From Vitrella brassicaformis CCMP3155 (lineage: Eukaryota; Protista; Chromerida): 64,000 bases of DNA. Both the position numbers and the translations under genes were made by a program. The notes beneath the pieces are model-generated. The model made no database searches and was not told where the DNA came from. It saw nothing but the letters and a program-made list of their open reading frames with translations. The stretch spans positions 1-64,000 of the forward strand of contig CDMY01000417.1 of the NCBI GenBank assembly GCA_001179505.1, read 5' to 3'. Below, piece by piece: positions 50,338-64,000 of this stretch. The number at the start of each line of letters is the position of its first letter. Positions within the stretch are counted from its first letter, which is position 1.

Positions 50338-52275
50338 ATGGGCGAGGTGGAGGTGCAGGTGGAGGTGCACGTGGAGGGGGGCTTGGAGGGAGGGTGGTGG
50401 CTGGTTGGCAACGACGATGACATTCCCCACGCCCTCACCGGCTTCAGTCTTTTGAGCAGGGTGCGGCTGCTGCCCAGTGGGGGTCCCGACTCGGTCGTGC
50501 GGTACATGAACTCGCTGTACCGCACGAATCGCAGGGAGGAAGCAGGGGAGGCTGTCAACATCATGGGTATCATACCCGGGCTGCCACTCGATGCCAGACA
50601 TGTCGGCGAGATCTCCCAGTACCTGCCAGACATACGGGTGGGAGGGGGGTTCTGGGGGGTCATCATGCAGCTGGGTCGAGGGGAGAGGGTGGGCGACCTG
50701 GCCTTTAGGAAGTACTTCACTTCTCCCCAACACCGAAATGGGCCCACGTACGTACGCAAGAAAGAGAACAGCACCCTGTGTGTTGGCGGGAAGATATGTC
50801 CCCTGTGTGTGCTTATTTGCAGCATTCTGCTCTCGATCTATGCTGCTGCGTTGGCCATCAGCGCCGATCCGCTCCCTCGCCCCTCCCCCTCCCTCTCCCC
50901 CTCACCATCAGCGTCAGCATCAGCATCAGCATCAGCATCAGCCTCGGCATCAGCATCAGCCTCGGCATCAGCAGCATCCCCGCCGCAGACACTGCAGCCC
51001 GCCGGGCCATCCCCGTCACGCAGCGGCGCACCAGGCACGTCATCTGACCCTCCCAGTGAGGCCCCCAGATCGGTCAACGCCACGCCATCGACCGACAGGG
51101 ACCCCATGAGGGTCTACGTGTTGGGTGTGGGCGGGATCGGTAGCTTGGGGGGGATCGGTAGCTACGCCATACGCGACGGCACAACTCCTTCGTGCCTGTC
51201 ACCGGTAAGGAAGCACAGCACGGACGGCCAGATGTGATTGATGCGATGCACACATCCACTCACAATTCTGTTGTTGTGTTTTGTGTGTCTGTCTGTGCAG
51301 GACATGCAGTTCATCTGGCGACTCAAGACGCAGCGAGAGGACGGGACGCTCAGCGATGGGGTCACCGGTCAGGCTGCCAAGGAGTTCGTGGACGGCATCG
51401 CCACTGACGACGCCAAGTGCATGCAGTTCCTCAAGGATGACCTCATGTTCGCGGGCTTCGACCACAGCCAGGACTACTGGACCGGCACCATGGCAGCACT
51501 GTCCTTCCTCTCGGGTCGGGCGGTCGTCCAGGATGACCAGGACGACGGTGCAGAGGTCAGGACGACAGTGTCCGACAGGGAGATCGGGCAGGACGTCCAA
51601 TGGCAGTTCGAGATCGACGGCACCAAGCTCCACCACCTGCACCTGGCCGCCCAGCGAGACAGGGGCGCGGTGGCCGAGAGGGCAGGGGCGAGGGCGGGGG
51701 CGCAGGAGGGAGGCAGTCTCGAGGCCCTGGCCGAGTGCATCTCTCGCGTCAGGGACGGGCAGCAGAGCTGGTTCAGCCTCGCCCGCCTGTACGTCACCGA
51801 CGAGTCCGAGACCGTAGAAAACTTCGCCGACAGGCTGGCCGAGTGTTTCGGGGTGCAGAAGCTGCCAGCAGAAGGCGTGGACGCCGTCATCGAGGGCCAG
51901 ACGGACCGCATCGACGCCGGCAAGACCATCATCTCGCAGCTGATTGTGGCAGATCCGCTGCAGAGGGGCACGCCGGCAGCGGAGGAGGTGCTGCGGCAGA
52001 TGACGAGCTTGATCGAGGCGCGGCCCATCAGGATTCGCGACGAGAGGATGCAGATGCGGGCGAGGAAGGCTGGCTGGCCCCACAACCACTTCTATGTGCG
52101 GCTACCCAGGTGGGTGAATGGGTGGCGGGATGGACGGATGGATGAATGGATGAGTGTGTATCACCTCGTGTGTGTGTGTGTGTGCTGGGTTTGTTGCAGG
52201 GGAGGAACCAGAGGCGTCGGTGTGATGGATTGGTTGGGAGCGGGAGGACGGCTGGCTGGACAGGGGGTCGGATGA
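50338..52275 (+). CDS. Orphan-family protein, copy 1 of an inverted pair
   Basis: ORF 50338-51204 is spliced in phase 0 (intron 51205-51300) to 51301-about 52109, plus a short last exon. Strongly homologous to the minus-strand copy at 52973-54715. No known domain recognised. Confidence 0.7.
50913..50975 (+). repeat. Coding hexamer repeat (tcagca/tcggca)n encoding poly-(Ser-Ala)
   Basis: Direct reading: SASASASASASASASASAAS in the 50338 ORF; absent from the paralog. Confidence 0.85.
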
Positions 52276-52972
52276 TGGCTGGCAAACAGACAGACAGACA
52301 GACAGACAGATAGACAGACGGACAGGCGGCCAGACTGGTTTGTAATACGTACGTACGTCCAGACCAGACGTGTTTGTTGATAGCAAGATGGAGCTCCATG
52401 AATGCAGTGCAGCCCTCGAAAAGAGCCCACCTGATTCCCGCCAAAAGAGTCCGGCGTCTTGACGGGTTCTTCTGCTGGGAGTAAAGCCAGAAGTGCTCAA
52501 TTGGAGAGAAGAACTTTGACAGAGAGAGCAAACGGCGCTTGCTCTTTCTGTGTGTACCTGTCCAAGCTCTTCTCTCCAACGTGAGCACTTCTGGCTCCCC
52601 TCCCAACAATGTTAATGGGATTTGTGTGACTGCATTCCATTTATGGATGGCATTGTGTGTATGTATGTATGTATGCATCAATCAATCATGCCATGCGGTG
52701 TTGGTCAAACGGAATGCAATGAATTCATTCCACGCCACACGTGTGTCGATGACTGCATCCACTTCAATCAACGAAAAGTCTCAATCCAGAAGCACAACTC
52801 ACCGCTGGCGATTCACATCCAGAGCCCTTCGATCGACAAATACGTCGACACGCACGCAAAACCAGTCCTTCTGTCCGTGAGCCATCATCCGACCGCCTGA
52901 CCAGCCGGCCGCCCTCCCGCTCGCAACCAAGTCAGTCAGTCAGTCAGTCACACGTCTGGTTCCTCCCTGCAC

Positions 52973-55251
52973 CTAACAGAACACACACACACACACGCAC
53001 AAGCTTATAATGCATGCGATGCGTCTGTGGGCACACCCATGGCCACCTACACACCCATCTGCCCACCCGGAGGTCGCGAACGGGTTAGGTACCCGCACAT
53101 AGAAGTGGTCGTGGGGCCAGCCAGCCTTCCTCGCCCGCAGCATCATGTAGTCGTCCTCGTCGCGAATCCTGATGGGCCGCGCCTCGATCAGCCGCGTCAG
53201 CTGATGCAGCACCTCCTCCGCTGCCGCCGTCCCCCTCTGCAGCGGATCGGGCCTGATCAGCTGTGCGATGATCGTCCTGCCGGCTCTGATGCGGTCGCGG
53301 AAACCCTTAACTTTCTCATCCATGACGGCATCCACGCCTCCTCCTGGCACCTCCTGCACCTGGAAACAGCTGGTCAGACGGTGGACGAAGTTCTCTACGG
53401 TCTCGGACTCCTTCGTGACACACAGGCGGGCGAGGCTGAACCAGCTCTGCTGCCCGCCCCTGACGCGAGAGATGCACTCGGCCAGGGCCTCGAGACTGGT
53501 GGCCGCTGTCGTCCCGCCTCCCTCCTGCGCCCCCGCCCCCGCCCCTGCCCCCTCGGCCACCCCGCCCCTGTCTCGCTGGGCGGCCAGATGCAGCAGATGC
53601 AGATTGGTGCCATCGATCTGGAACTGCCATCGGAGGTCCTGGTCGATCTGCCTCCCCGTCTGCTCGATGACCCTTTTGCCCGAGAGAAACGACAGCGCCG
53701 CCATCGCCCCGCTCCAGTAGTCCTGGCGGTGGTCAAACCCCGGAAACATGAGATCCTCCGTGAGGAACTGCATGAAGAGGGCACCGTCTGTGCAGATGCC
53801 GTCCAGGAACGCCTTGGCAGCCAGATTGGTGGCGCCACCACTCAGCGTCCTGTCCTTCCGCTGGTTGTAGAGCCGCCAGATGAGCTGCATCTCTGGCGAG
53901 AAGCATGACTCCTTGCCCTGCACCGAGAAGGTCCCGTCGGTCTTGCCGCAGCAGTCGATGTGCCCCACCTCCAAGACGTAGACCCTCATGGGGTCCTTGT
54001 CGGTCTTGGCCGCGTCATCCCTCTCATACAGCGGCTCGTTAGCCATCTCACCCGGTGTCGTGGCCGTCTCGGGTGGGCTGTCTGGTGCGCCGCTGCGTGA
54101 CGGGCGAGAGCCGGTGTATGGGGGCTGCAGTGGCTGGGGCGTGGATGAGGGGCTGGGGGAGGGTGAGGCGTGACGGGCCTCATCGGGCGACGACACAGTG
54201 GGCGGATCGGCGCTGATGGCCAACGCAGGTGCGGAGATGGAGAGCAGAATGCTGCAAAACAACTCACACAGGGGGAGAGAAGTCTTGATGGATCTTCCTG
54301 TGCAGAGTTGCTCTTGTGTTGCATACTTGGTCCCGTTTTGGTCAGAAGTGAAGTAGGTCCTAAACGCCATCTCGCCCTCCATCTCCTGCCGACCCAGGTC
54401 CATGATGGCCCCCCAGTGATCCCCTGCTGCCGCCTCCTGGACCATCATCTCAGGAGGCACGAGAGTCCTGTGAATCTCCAGAAGCCTGCGCAGCATGTCC
54501 ATGACGCCCCACAGTTTGGCCGACTCCAGCTCGTCCTCGCATGCCCCGAGAACCCTCAGATACGAGTCAATCTGATCGGCACTCCTGGCATCAAGTGGCA
54601 ATGCCCTCTCGAATTGTGACAGGTAGAGACACCGCTTTGCCTTCTCGTCGAGATTCGTGTCGATCGACTCTATGTACCGCACGACCGACGAGGGGCCGGC
54701 ACATTGGGCAGGAGTAGCAATCTTGCCATGGTGAAGCTGCGACTGAAGTCCCGCGGCTTGTCCATGACGGGCGCCGGTATGTCGGCAGGTGCGGGCGGCA
54801 CAACAGCGGATCCACCTTGATGGTATGGGTTCTGCGAGAGCTCCTGGAACTCCTCAGGCGGGACGACCGCTGCCATAGGCTGGCGAGGGCGAGAGGGGGT
54901 CTGGGTGGTGGCAGGGGGACACGCACTGCTGGTCGTCGCTGCACCGCCGGCCGATGACTGACGGGTAGCAGCCGCCCGTGCAGTGGTGTCCTGGGCGGGG
55001 GGTGGCGGGTCGGTGATGACCCAGTCACCGTCGGTGGCCTCCTCGCCAAGCATGCGGGCCTGGTGTTTCTTGGCCGCCCTGCGGGCCCTGCTGCGAGTGC
55101 CGCCGAAGTCGACGAAGCCCAGCTCGTCGTGCAGTGGCGTGACGGCCATCTCGCGGCTGGCGGCGTCCTGCCAAAGGACCTCGGGGTCGTCTGATGGGCG
55201 GCAGGGAATGGGACCAGGGGCGGTCTCCAGGTCGCGGCGGAACAAGAACAT
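52973..55251 (-). pseudogene. Orphan-family gene, copy 2 of the inverted pair, carrying the MFLFRRDLETAP header; one frameshift near 54690
   Basis: ORFs 54670-55251 and 52973-54682 overlap in different frames. Alignment to copy 1 (LLPSGGPDSVVRYM) shows 16 nt versus 14 nt between anchors and no splice acceptor. It could be a real lesion or an assembly error. Confidence 0.6.
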
Positions 55252-55308
55252 GCCGCTGGTGGTGCTAATGATAACACCGGGCGTCCAGGGGACAGCTGCG
55301 ACGCCTAA

Positions 55309-57123
<1,815 letters not shown>

Positions 57124-57243
57124 CGAGCGATTCGTGCTAAGGCCAAGACAGCGATTCATGCATAGTCTGCATGTCAGTCAGTGCATACGTCTTAGCGACA
57201 TTTGGTCTATCAAGGCTTATGGGTGTAGACACGAACGAATCGA

Positions 57244-58732
57244 TCAGCATGCCGCCTCCCCCCTCGAGAAATACGCACTCTTCCTGCCTCCGAAAGCCCA
57301 CCGACACACCACGACTGACACATGCAGCAGAATCCCCCCACCAAATGACAGCCCAAACAGCGCCCAGAAGAGGCGTTCATTGCGAAACCATTCGTCCTCC
57401 AGCCTCTTGTCTGGGAGATCCGCCCACAGAATAAACATCTGGTTCCTCTCCCGCGCTATTCTCGCCTTCATCTGCTCTGCGATGCTGTGGCTGCCGTCAT
57501 AAAATGCGTCGGGCATGTCTCGAGTCGTTCTGAAGCTCCAGAGCGGCGCGGCGATGGCGTCAAGGAAGGCGACTCGCTGTGGGTTGTCCCTCAGAAGACG
57601 GTAGTTGATGCCCCCACGGACCCCGCCATCCTCACACACGCTCGCACTCTCGCACATGGCGAAGACCTCCAGGTACTCCTTATGGGTATTGGGGCTGGTC
57701 CTGCCGATGACTGCGCGCATGAGATGCCCGTCCACTCGCACCACCGTCGTGCCGTTCCACACTTGCAGGTCGGCGTCAGTGAAGAGATAAGTATCGCGGT
57801 CAGCCGAGGCGTCCCGAAGGAGGCCCTCGTATGGGTTGAGAGACGGCTGACGGAGGGCCAGGGAGAGGAACGCACCTCCAATCAGTATACTCACCCCCAC
57901 CAGAAACACACCTGCGATAGAATTCCCCAATTGTCAGACACACATACAGTTTCTTTCTTTCTTGTCTCTTGTACAAACCAGCAGGCCAGGAGAGCACTCC
58001 AGCGGCGTTGGCGACACCCAGCTCCCTCCGAAAGACCACTGCACGGATCGCGAAGCCAAGCATCACCAAGGGGCTCAAGACCATCCCAAAGAATAAGTGT
58101 AAGGCACCAGGAAGAGTCTTAACAAAGCACAGCCCATACACACACGCACAAACTATGCCCCAGACAACATAGGCCCTCAGCTCCGGTACGATGAACGCCC
58201 GAAATCCCATCGAGAGAGTGAAAAGCCGCTTGCACGACGCCCAGTCACATCGATACGGTCGGTGTAGCCGGACGCTGTGGGGCCCCTGCCGCACCGTTGT
58301 CTCTTCAAAGCTGACATGCGGCCTAATGGGCGGCCGCACATCGTGATGGCCATCGTCGTCAGCCGGGTCTTCGCTTCGTGGCGACGAGACAACGATGTGT
58401 GAGGGGAAAGGTGGAGGGGCGACAAGGCCGCGATGCAAGAGCTCATTTCGCCATAAGTCGGGCTGGGCAACATGCTCGGGGAAGAACGACTCGAACTGGA
58501 CACTGCCTGCGATGAGGAAAGCAAAACAAGAAAGGAAAACATACGCGACGGCAGCCGAATGTGTGATTACCTGGTGGCGATGCCGGTGTGTGTTGTGGGA
58601 TGGGCGACGGGGCCTCAGAAAGGCGGTGTCCGGGTGTGTCGCTGAGGACCTGGAGACTCTCTCGATGCCCGCGTTCGGTGTGGGTGAACGCCGACACAGC
58701 GGGGCTTGCCACCTCACTCGCGGGCGGTGCAT
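57244..58732 (-). CDS. Uncharacterised multi-pass membrane protein
   Basis: Two long ORFs joined by a phase-1 intron (..WPAG|VFLVGVSIL..) give one protein with several hydrophobic segments. No family recognised. Confidence 0.6.
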
Positions 58733-58850
58733 GAATTGAGATGTCAGCTTGTTGGGCCGCTGCCCTGTTCTCCATCTCTTTTCCTCTGCACGTGACCCCA
58801 GTCTCGGGATGCCGGAATTGAGGGGGAGCGCGGAAACAACACGTCACAAC

Positions 58851-60821
58851 ATGAATCTCGTGAGGGCTCTGCAGTGCCTTTTCTCATGGGCGTGTCTGGG
58901 AGCATTCATTCCGCATCTGAGGGATCACATCCAGCGGTCCCCGGCCGGCCAGCTGCTGTCCTTTATCGACAAGACCTTCCGCAGCATCCACAAGGGCACG
59001 CGAACAGCCGTTGAGCACCGCCACCGCCATGGCCGCAGCGCGCTGCCACGCCGCTGGAACGAGAAGCGCCGGGCTCCCGTGACCGATGTGTTGCCGCAAT
59101 GCATTTGGCCCGCCTACAACAGAACGGTAGCTCGTGCATCCCTCAATGCGGAACATACACAGACGGTAGGTAATTCAATCCACTGACGGACGCAGAATTG
59201 TCATGGATTGGATGGTGGAGCACAGCATTTGATGGAATGGATTGGTTTGATGGCTGTTGGTTTGGTCTTTGTGTTTTGTCCAGGTGCACGATGAAGATGT
59301 CTGCCTGCGCCGCGCCATGACCTACTTGTTCTTCTCGCACGGCCCCATCGCCAGCCCCGCCAGACCCCCGATCACCCAAGACGCACCATGCGACCATCAC
59401 AGCGACCCCGAAGAGCCAATCCCAGCCATGAGACCCCGTCCGTTCCAGCGCCGTAGACACCCACATGCCGTTCGCCGACAAACTGACCCTCTGCTGCGCA
59501 TCGGGAGGGTCGTGTTTGAGCAGATAAGGGGATTCGTCAAGAGGAGCAACACCGCAGCCAGTGGGCAGCAGCCGCAAGAGCAGCAGCAGCAGCAGCATGA
59601 CGAGCATGACCTTCTCATGGAGGAGGGAGGGGGGTTCAATAAGACAGTGCCCAACGACACATCGGTGGAGAGCGTCATCAGCGGCCTGGCCACACTGCTG
59701 GGCAAGCACCAGGGGAAGGAGAGCCCACACCACGATCACCTGGACGTAGAGATCCCGACTGCCAAGGGATGGGTCCCCTCTCCTACCTGCGCCGTCCATG
59801 TGCCGATGAGCAGTACGGCTCTCCACCTCTCACGGGAGCTGATCTTCTATATTTTGCCGGTGGTGGTGGTCGCTGTGATCATTACCGCGGGCATCTTCTA
59901 CGCCGTTGGCCGGCAGCAGAGAGGGTGGGAGAGAGGGGGAGGCAGAGGCACCAGGCCGCCAGAGGCTGCTGCCACTCGGCAGCGAAGGGGGCAGCCCGAC
60001 GTGCCGTTCGGCCACATGGCGCGGCACATCGTCAAGTTAGAGACACGACTGTAAGACGGAAAGGACAAGAAGCCGTCTACGCACGAGTGAGTGTGGGTCT
60101 GTTGGTGTGTCAGTAAGGAGCAGGAGAAAGAGGCGGAGGAGATGCACCGGCGGAGCCTAGAGCCATATCGCAAGACGCTGTCTGTCCGCGAGCAGCAGAT
60201 CCGGGAGCTGACGGAGCTGTGCTCACAGCAGACAGAGGAGATACATAGCGAGAAGGCCAAGTACGAGACGCAGATCGACCGACTACACGCCGAGCTGGTC
60301 AGTCAGGGGGGACACACACACAGTCGCGTCTCATGCTCCTCAACTCCCACATGTGTCTGTTCTGTCAGGAGCAGCAGAAGAAGGAGTACATCAAGTTACA
60401 GAAAAACTACGACTCCATCCTAGAGGTAGCTGAGCAGCACAGCCAGACCGGCACCCCTACTGCACAAAGCTAGCTTCCTCATTTTCCCTGCCTCTTCACT
60501 TGTCAGTTCAACACGAACCTGGAGCAGCAGCTGAGCAAAGCCTCCGGGCGACCCCTCTCCGAGCACGCCCAGATCCATCACCACCCCTCACCCCCACCGT
60601 CCATGTCGCAGCTGCGGGCCCCTCGCATCATGGTCACGCACCAGCACACCAGGCTGGCCAAGACCACAACCACAGCAACCATCAGCAGCACGCAGGAGAC
60701 GTCTGTGACACCGCCCCCCGAGGATGGGGGCGAGGGTGGGGGTGCGTGTGGCGGCAGGGAGAGGGAGAGGGAGGGCAAGAAGGAGGAGGACGGCCGGTGC
60801 TGTAGCAGGGAGTGCATGTAG
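58851..60821 (+). CDS. Uncharacterised type I membrane protein with cytosolic coiled coil
   Basis: Signal-like MNLVRALQCLFSWACLGA-F, TM segment IFYILPVVVVAVIITAGIFYAVG, then heptad-rich KEQEKEAEEMHRR...IDRLHAEL-EQQKKEYIKLQKNYDSILE across GT-AG introns. Confidence 0.65.
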
Positions 60822-61227
60822 AGGGAGGGAGGGGCGAGAGGGGAGGGAGGGAGGGAGGGAGGGGAGAGAGCGCTTTTTGTCACGGGGGATGTTTTTGTCA
60901 AGAGAGACTAGACCGTACCTGTAAGTGTATTCAACGTATTGCTGTCGTTTTGTACACTAGCCACTTGTCGCATCATTACGTGTATGTCTGCGTGTGTGTG
61001 TGTGTGTATGTATCGGCCGCCCCGTGTTTTGTTTGTGTACATAGCTCTTGTTTGCTCAAGAGGCCGACCCGACCCGCATCCATCCACCTATTCGTGCCAC
61101 CCCACCCAGCCCAGCCAGAGAGAGACAGCTAGCTGCCTGCGAGGATAATACATACGATAGATAATTCAATCATCAACACGTCCGTCCACCACACACACAC
61201 GTCTGCATCACTTCATCCATCCATCCA

Positions 61228-64000
61228 TCAGTCTTCTTCTGGTTGTATGAACCGAGACTTTCCCGCCCGCTGAGGTCCAGGAGCGGGCGGCCCGCTCGGC
61301 TGCCCCCTCCCTCTACCGCCCCCACCCCGCCCCCCACCACCCCGCCCGTACGGCCGCTGCTTCGTGACCGCCACATACATCTGAAGGACCAGACCACCGA
61401 AGGCATTCACACACTTACATACTTGGGACGGATGCACACATGGCGTGTGTTGTCCTTCCCTTGCTCGCTCACTCACCGGTTTCCTCTTGACGTGCCCCAG
61501 TGGGCCGTGAGGGTTGAGCCGCGCAGTGTCGGCAGCAGCGAAGGCCGACTGGGGAGAGAGCACCGTCACACCCTGCCGAGAAAAGCGCAGGAGTGTGTGT
61601 GTGTGTGCGTGAGTGAGTGATGCATGCCTGTGGAGATCCGCCAGGCTGGGGCATCAACATCCGCCTCATCGAGCCGGCAACATCACGCTGACCACACACA
61701 TACAGACACCCCCACCCTTCTGTGCATCATGTGTCTTTGTCCCTCCCTCCCTCCCTCCCTCGGTCCCTCTCTGACCCGTTCGTCCTGGTGGAAGTTCTCG
61801 ACCCTGCCCTTGACGAACATCTTGAGCTGCTCCCTCTCCTGCTGCTCAGCCAGCTCGGCCTCCCGCTGGGCCTCCTCACGACGCATCGTGTGCGACCACA
61901 GCTGGTGGCCCTGCGGCACCGGCAGCGGCTTCACGCTGTACTTGCTGTGACCTGACACATCGACACATACACAGACGGTGGACACAGACATGGGGAGGGA
62001 GGGAGGGAGGGAGGGAGGGAGAGAGTGGCGGTGGATGTGCCATATGTGGTGGTGGTTGTGGTGGCTGGGTGACCCTTCTTTGTGACGAGCTTGAGCGACG
62101 GTTGGTGGCCCCTTGCGGGGCTGGTCGGGGAGGCGTCCCTGCTGTCACTCTCGCCACCATCCTGACCACACACACACACACAGGCGCATCGCATACACAC
62201 ACATACACTACACATACAGAGTGGCTGCGTCGGTCCCTTGTGTGTGAGGTGCAGTGAGTGCTTGGCCGACCTCTCCCCGTTTGATGAGTGACGAGGGCGG
62301 CAGTCGTATCTCATCTGCCTTGGACCTGGCGAACTTGGCGGTCTCGATGCTCTCCTGCACCATGCTGTTGAGCTCCTTCTCAAACCAATCCTCCTGGAAA
62401 CAAGAAACGATATCACGCATATATCGCATCGCCTGAAGGGCTGTGCGTAGGCGTGGCTCGCCCCGCCCCGCCCGCACTGACCTCTTCGTCATGGTGCTCG
62501 CCTCGGTCGTAGTCTGGGTCCCTCTCGTCGTCGTCAAAGTACTCATCCTCTGCCCACAACACACAATACAAATACACACGGGGTGGATGAGATGAGAGAG
62601 AGAGGTGGGTGGGATGGGTGCATGGCAGAGTGAGTACCTTGTTCCTCTTCGTCTGCCTCGTTGTCCTGGTCGGTCTCCACCTCGTCGCCCGTCTCGTACT
62701 CACCCTCTCCCTCCCCCTCGCCCTCCTCCTGACACACACACACATGGATGCGTCGACACGTTCATCTCATCGATGGCACATGTCATGTCTGTCTAGGGGT
62801 TGGCGACTGACGGACCTCTTCGTCCCGTTGGTCAAGCATGCCCTGTTCCCTGAGCTGCTCGCTCTCCTGCTTGAGGATCTCGCGCAGCTCGCTGTCAACC
62901 TCGCCTATCGAATCGTACCTGAACCGCATCCATCCATCGATCGGCCGACAGACAGAGGTGCGTGTGCCGGCCTTGCCGGGGGGCATGGCATGACTGCCTG
63001 ACTGATGGCTTAGCTTACCGCCTCAGCTTCGGCCGCAGCTCGCCGAGCGTGTCACGCACCATGTACTCCACCCGCATCGGCAACGGGGCCTGCAGCCCAA
63101 CCGCATCCATCCATCCATCCATCCACACATCGACATGGCACGGATGAATGGACTGCAGCCATCCCTCCATCCATCCCTCCCTACCTTGATGAGGCAGTAT
63201 CGCTGGAAGAAGACCAGGAAGCGGTCCATCTTGTGTCGGGCGGGACCTCGCTCGAAGTAGGCCCCGCACGTGTCCAGCATAATGCACACCAGCTTCAGAC
63301 GGAAATAGTCGCCCGGCGGGTCCTCCGGCGAACAGGGGTTCCAAAACGTGTTCTGATCCCACCCTACACACACCACACACACTGATGCGATCCCTTACGC
63401 CTTTCCCATCCCATGTGCGCAGTGCGGGCGCACCGCACCGACCTGTGAATTTTGGGTCAGCTTCATCGTCCTGCGTTTCGGGTATGCTGGCCAGAGAGGC
63501 CTGGAGCCTGGCGAGGCTGGCGTCCAGCAGCTTGTGGGCGGCGATGAGCTGCCCGACGTGGTGGGAGGAGGGGCCGCCGAAACCGATCAGGTGGTAGAGC
63601 GTGTCGAAGATCACCGACGAGTCCGCCAGCCTGTGGGTCGTGTCGGCAGAACAGAACACACACACATGGGTGGGTGAGTGAGTGTCGCCATGCCATCCAT
63701 GTGCAGACACCTCTACGACACGTATGTACCGGTAGTTGTATAGCTCGCCGAGGAGCTTGACTTGCCGCACGCGAGAGGGCAGCTCGCGGAAGTCGTTGCG
63801 CTCCATGCCAACCTACAAAAATGAATGACCACACGCATCCATCCATCCATCCATGTGACCCCTGCCCGCCTGCCTCTCAGGTAAGGTACTCAACTTATTT
63901 ACCTGTATGTCCTCTGTGAGCTGGTCGATGACGTCGATGACGAATGCGTCACGGTACCGGGCCAGCCCGGCCAGCAGACACGCCAGCTGGTGGATGGACT
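61228..64000 (-). CDS. UPF2: Regulator of nonsense transcripts 2 (3' part; gene begins beyond the window)
   Basis: Third MIF4G: RVRQVKLLGELYNYR..DSSVIFDTLYHLIGFG, DPPGDYFRLKLVCIMLDTCGAYF, KMDRFLVFFQRY, VEYMVRDTLGELRP; then acidic tract, FEKELNSM..ES, and E.EQLK..V-type C-terminal region. Confidence 0.92.

Overview
Eukaryotic, GC-rich, intron-dense nuclear DNA from a photosynthetic organism with a complex (secondary) plastid. The evidence is an LHC gene and an HCF136/Ycf48 gene that both carry signal+transit presequences with Phe just after the predicted signal cleavage. Intron style ((GT)n, (GGAT)n, (TGTC)n microsatellites) and the orphan families suggest a chromerid such as Vitrella brassicaformis; this is an inference and was not verified by search. 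About 20 spliced genes can be reconstructed by hand: a CAMK-group kinase, a TTLL glutamylase, LHC, anoctamin, a TSEN34-like endonuclease, a YccF-domain protein, a secreted His/Gly/Tyr repeat protein, a SAM methyltransferase, DCTPP1, CCT5, HCF136, a CBM48+PTC7-type PP2C phosphatase, NOL6/Utp22, LPAAT, secernin, two orphan membrane proteins and the 3' part of UPF2. Most are arranged as head-to-head pairs with 120-460 bp spacers. The most unusual content is a set of intron-poor orphan-family genes. (i) One 5'/N-terminal 'header' cassette occurs twice (19.9-20.5 kb + and 55.0-55.4 kb -), fused to unrelated C-terminal domains. (ii) An inverted pair of paralogs (50.3-55.3 kb) differs by a precise intron presence/absence. 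(iii) A frameshifted orphan gene is flanked by ~50 bp hairpin-containing direct repeats (32.2-33.9 kb). (iv) A tandemly duplicated domain has a nonsense codon in one copy. A 33 bp-arm hairpin lies just past the LHC stop codon. I found no rRNA, tRNA, CRISPR array or transposase. Gene boundaries are manual models; most short ORFs in the supplied track are microsatellite or antisense artefacts.
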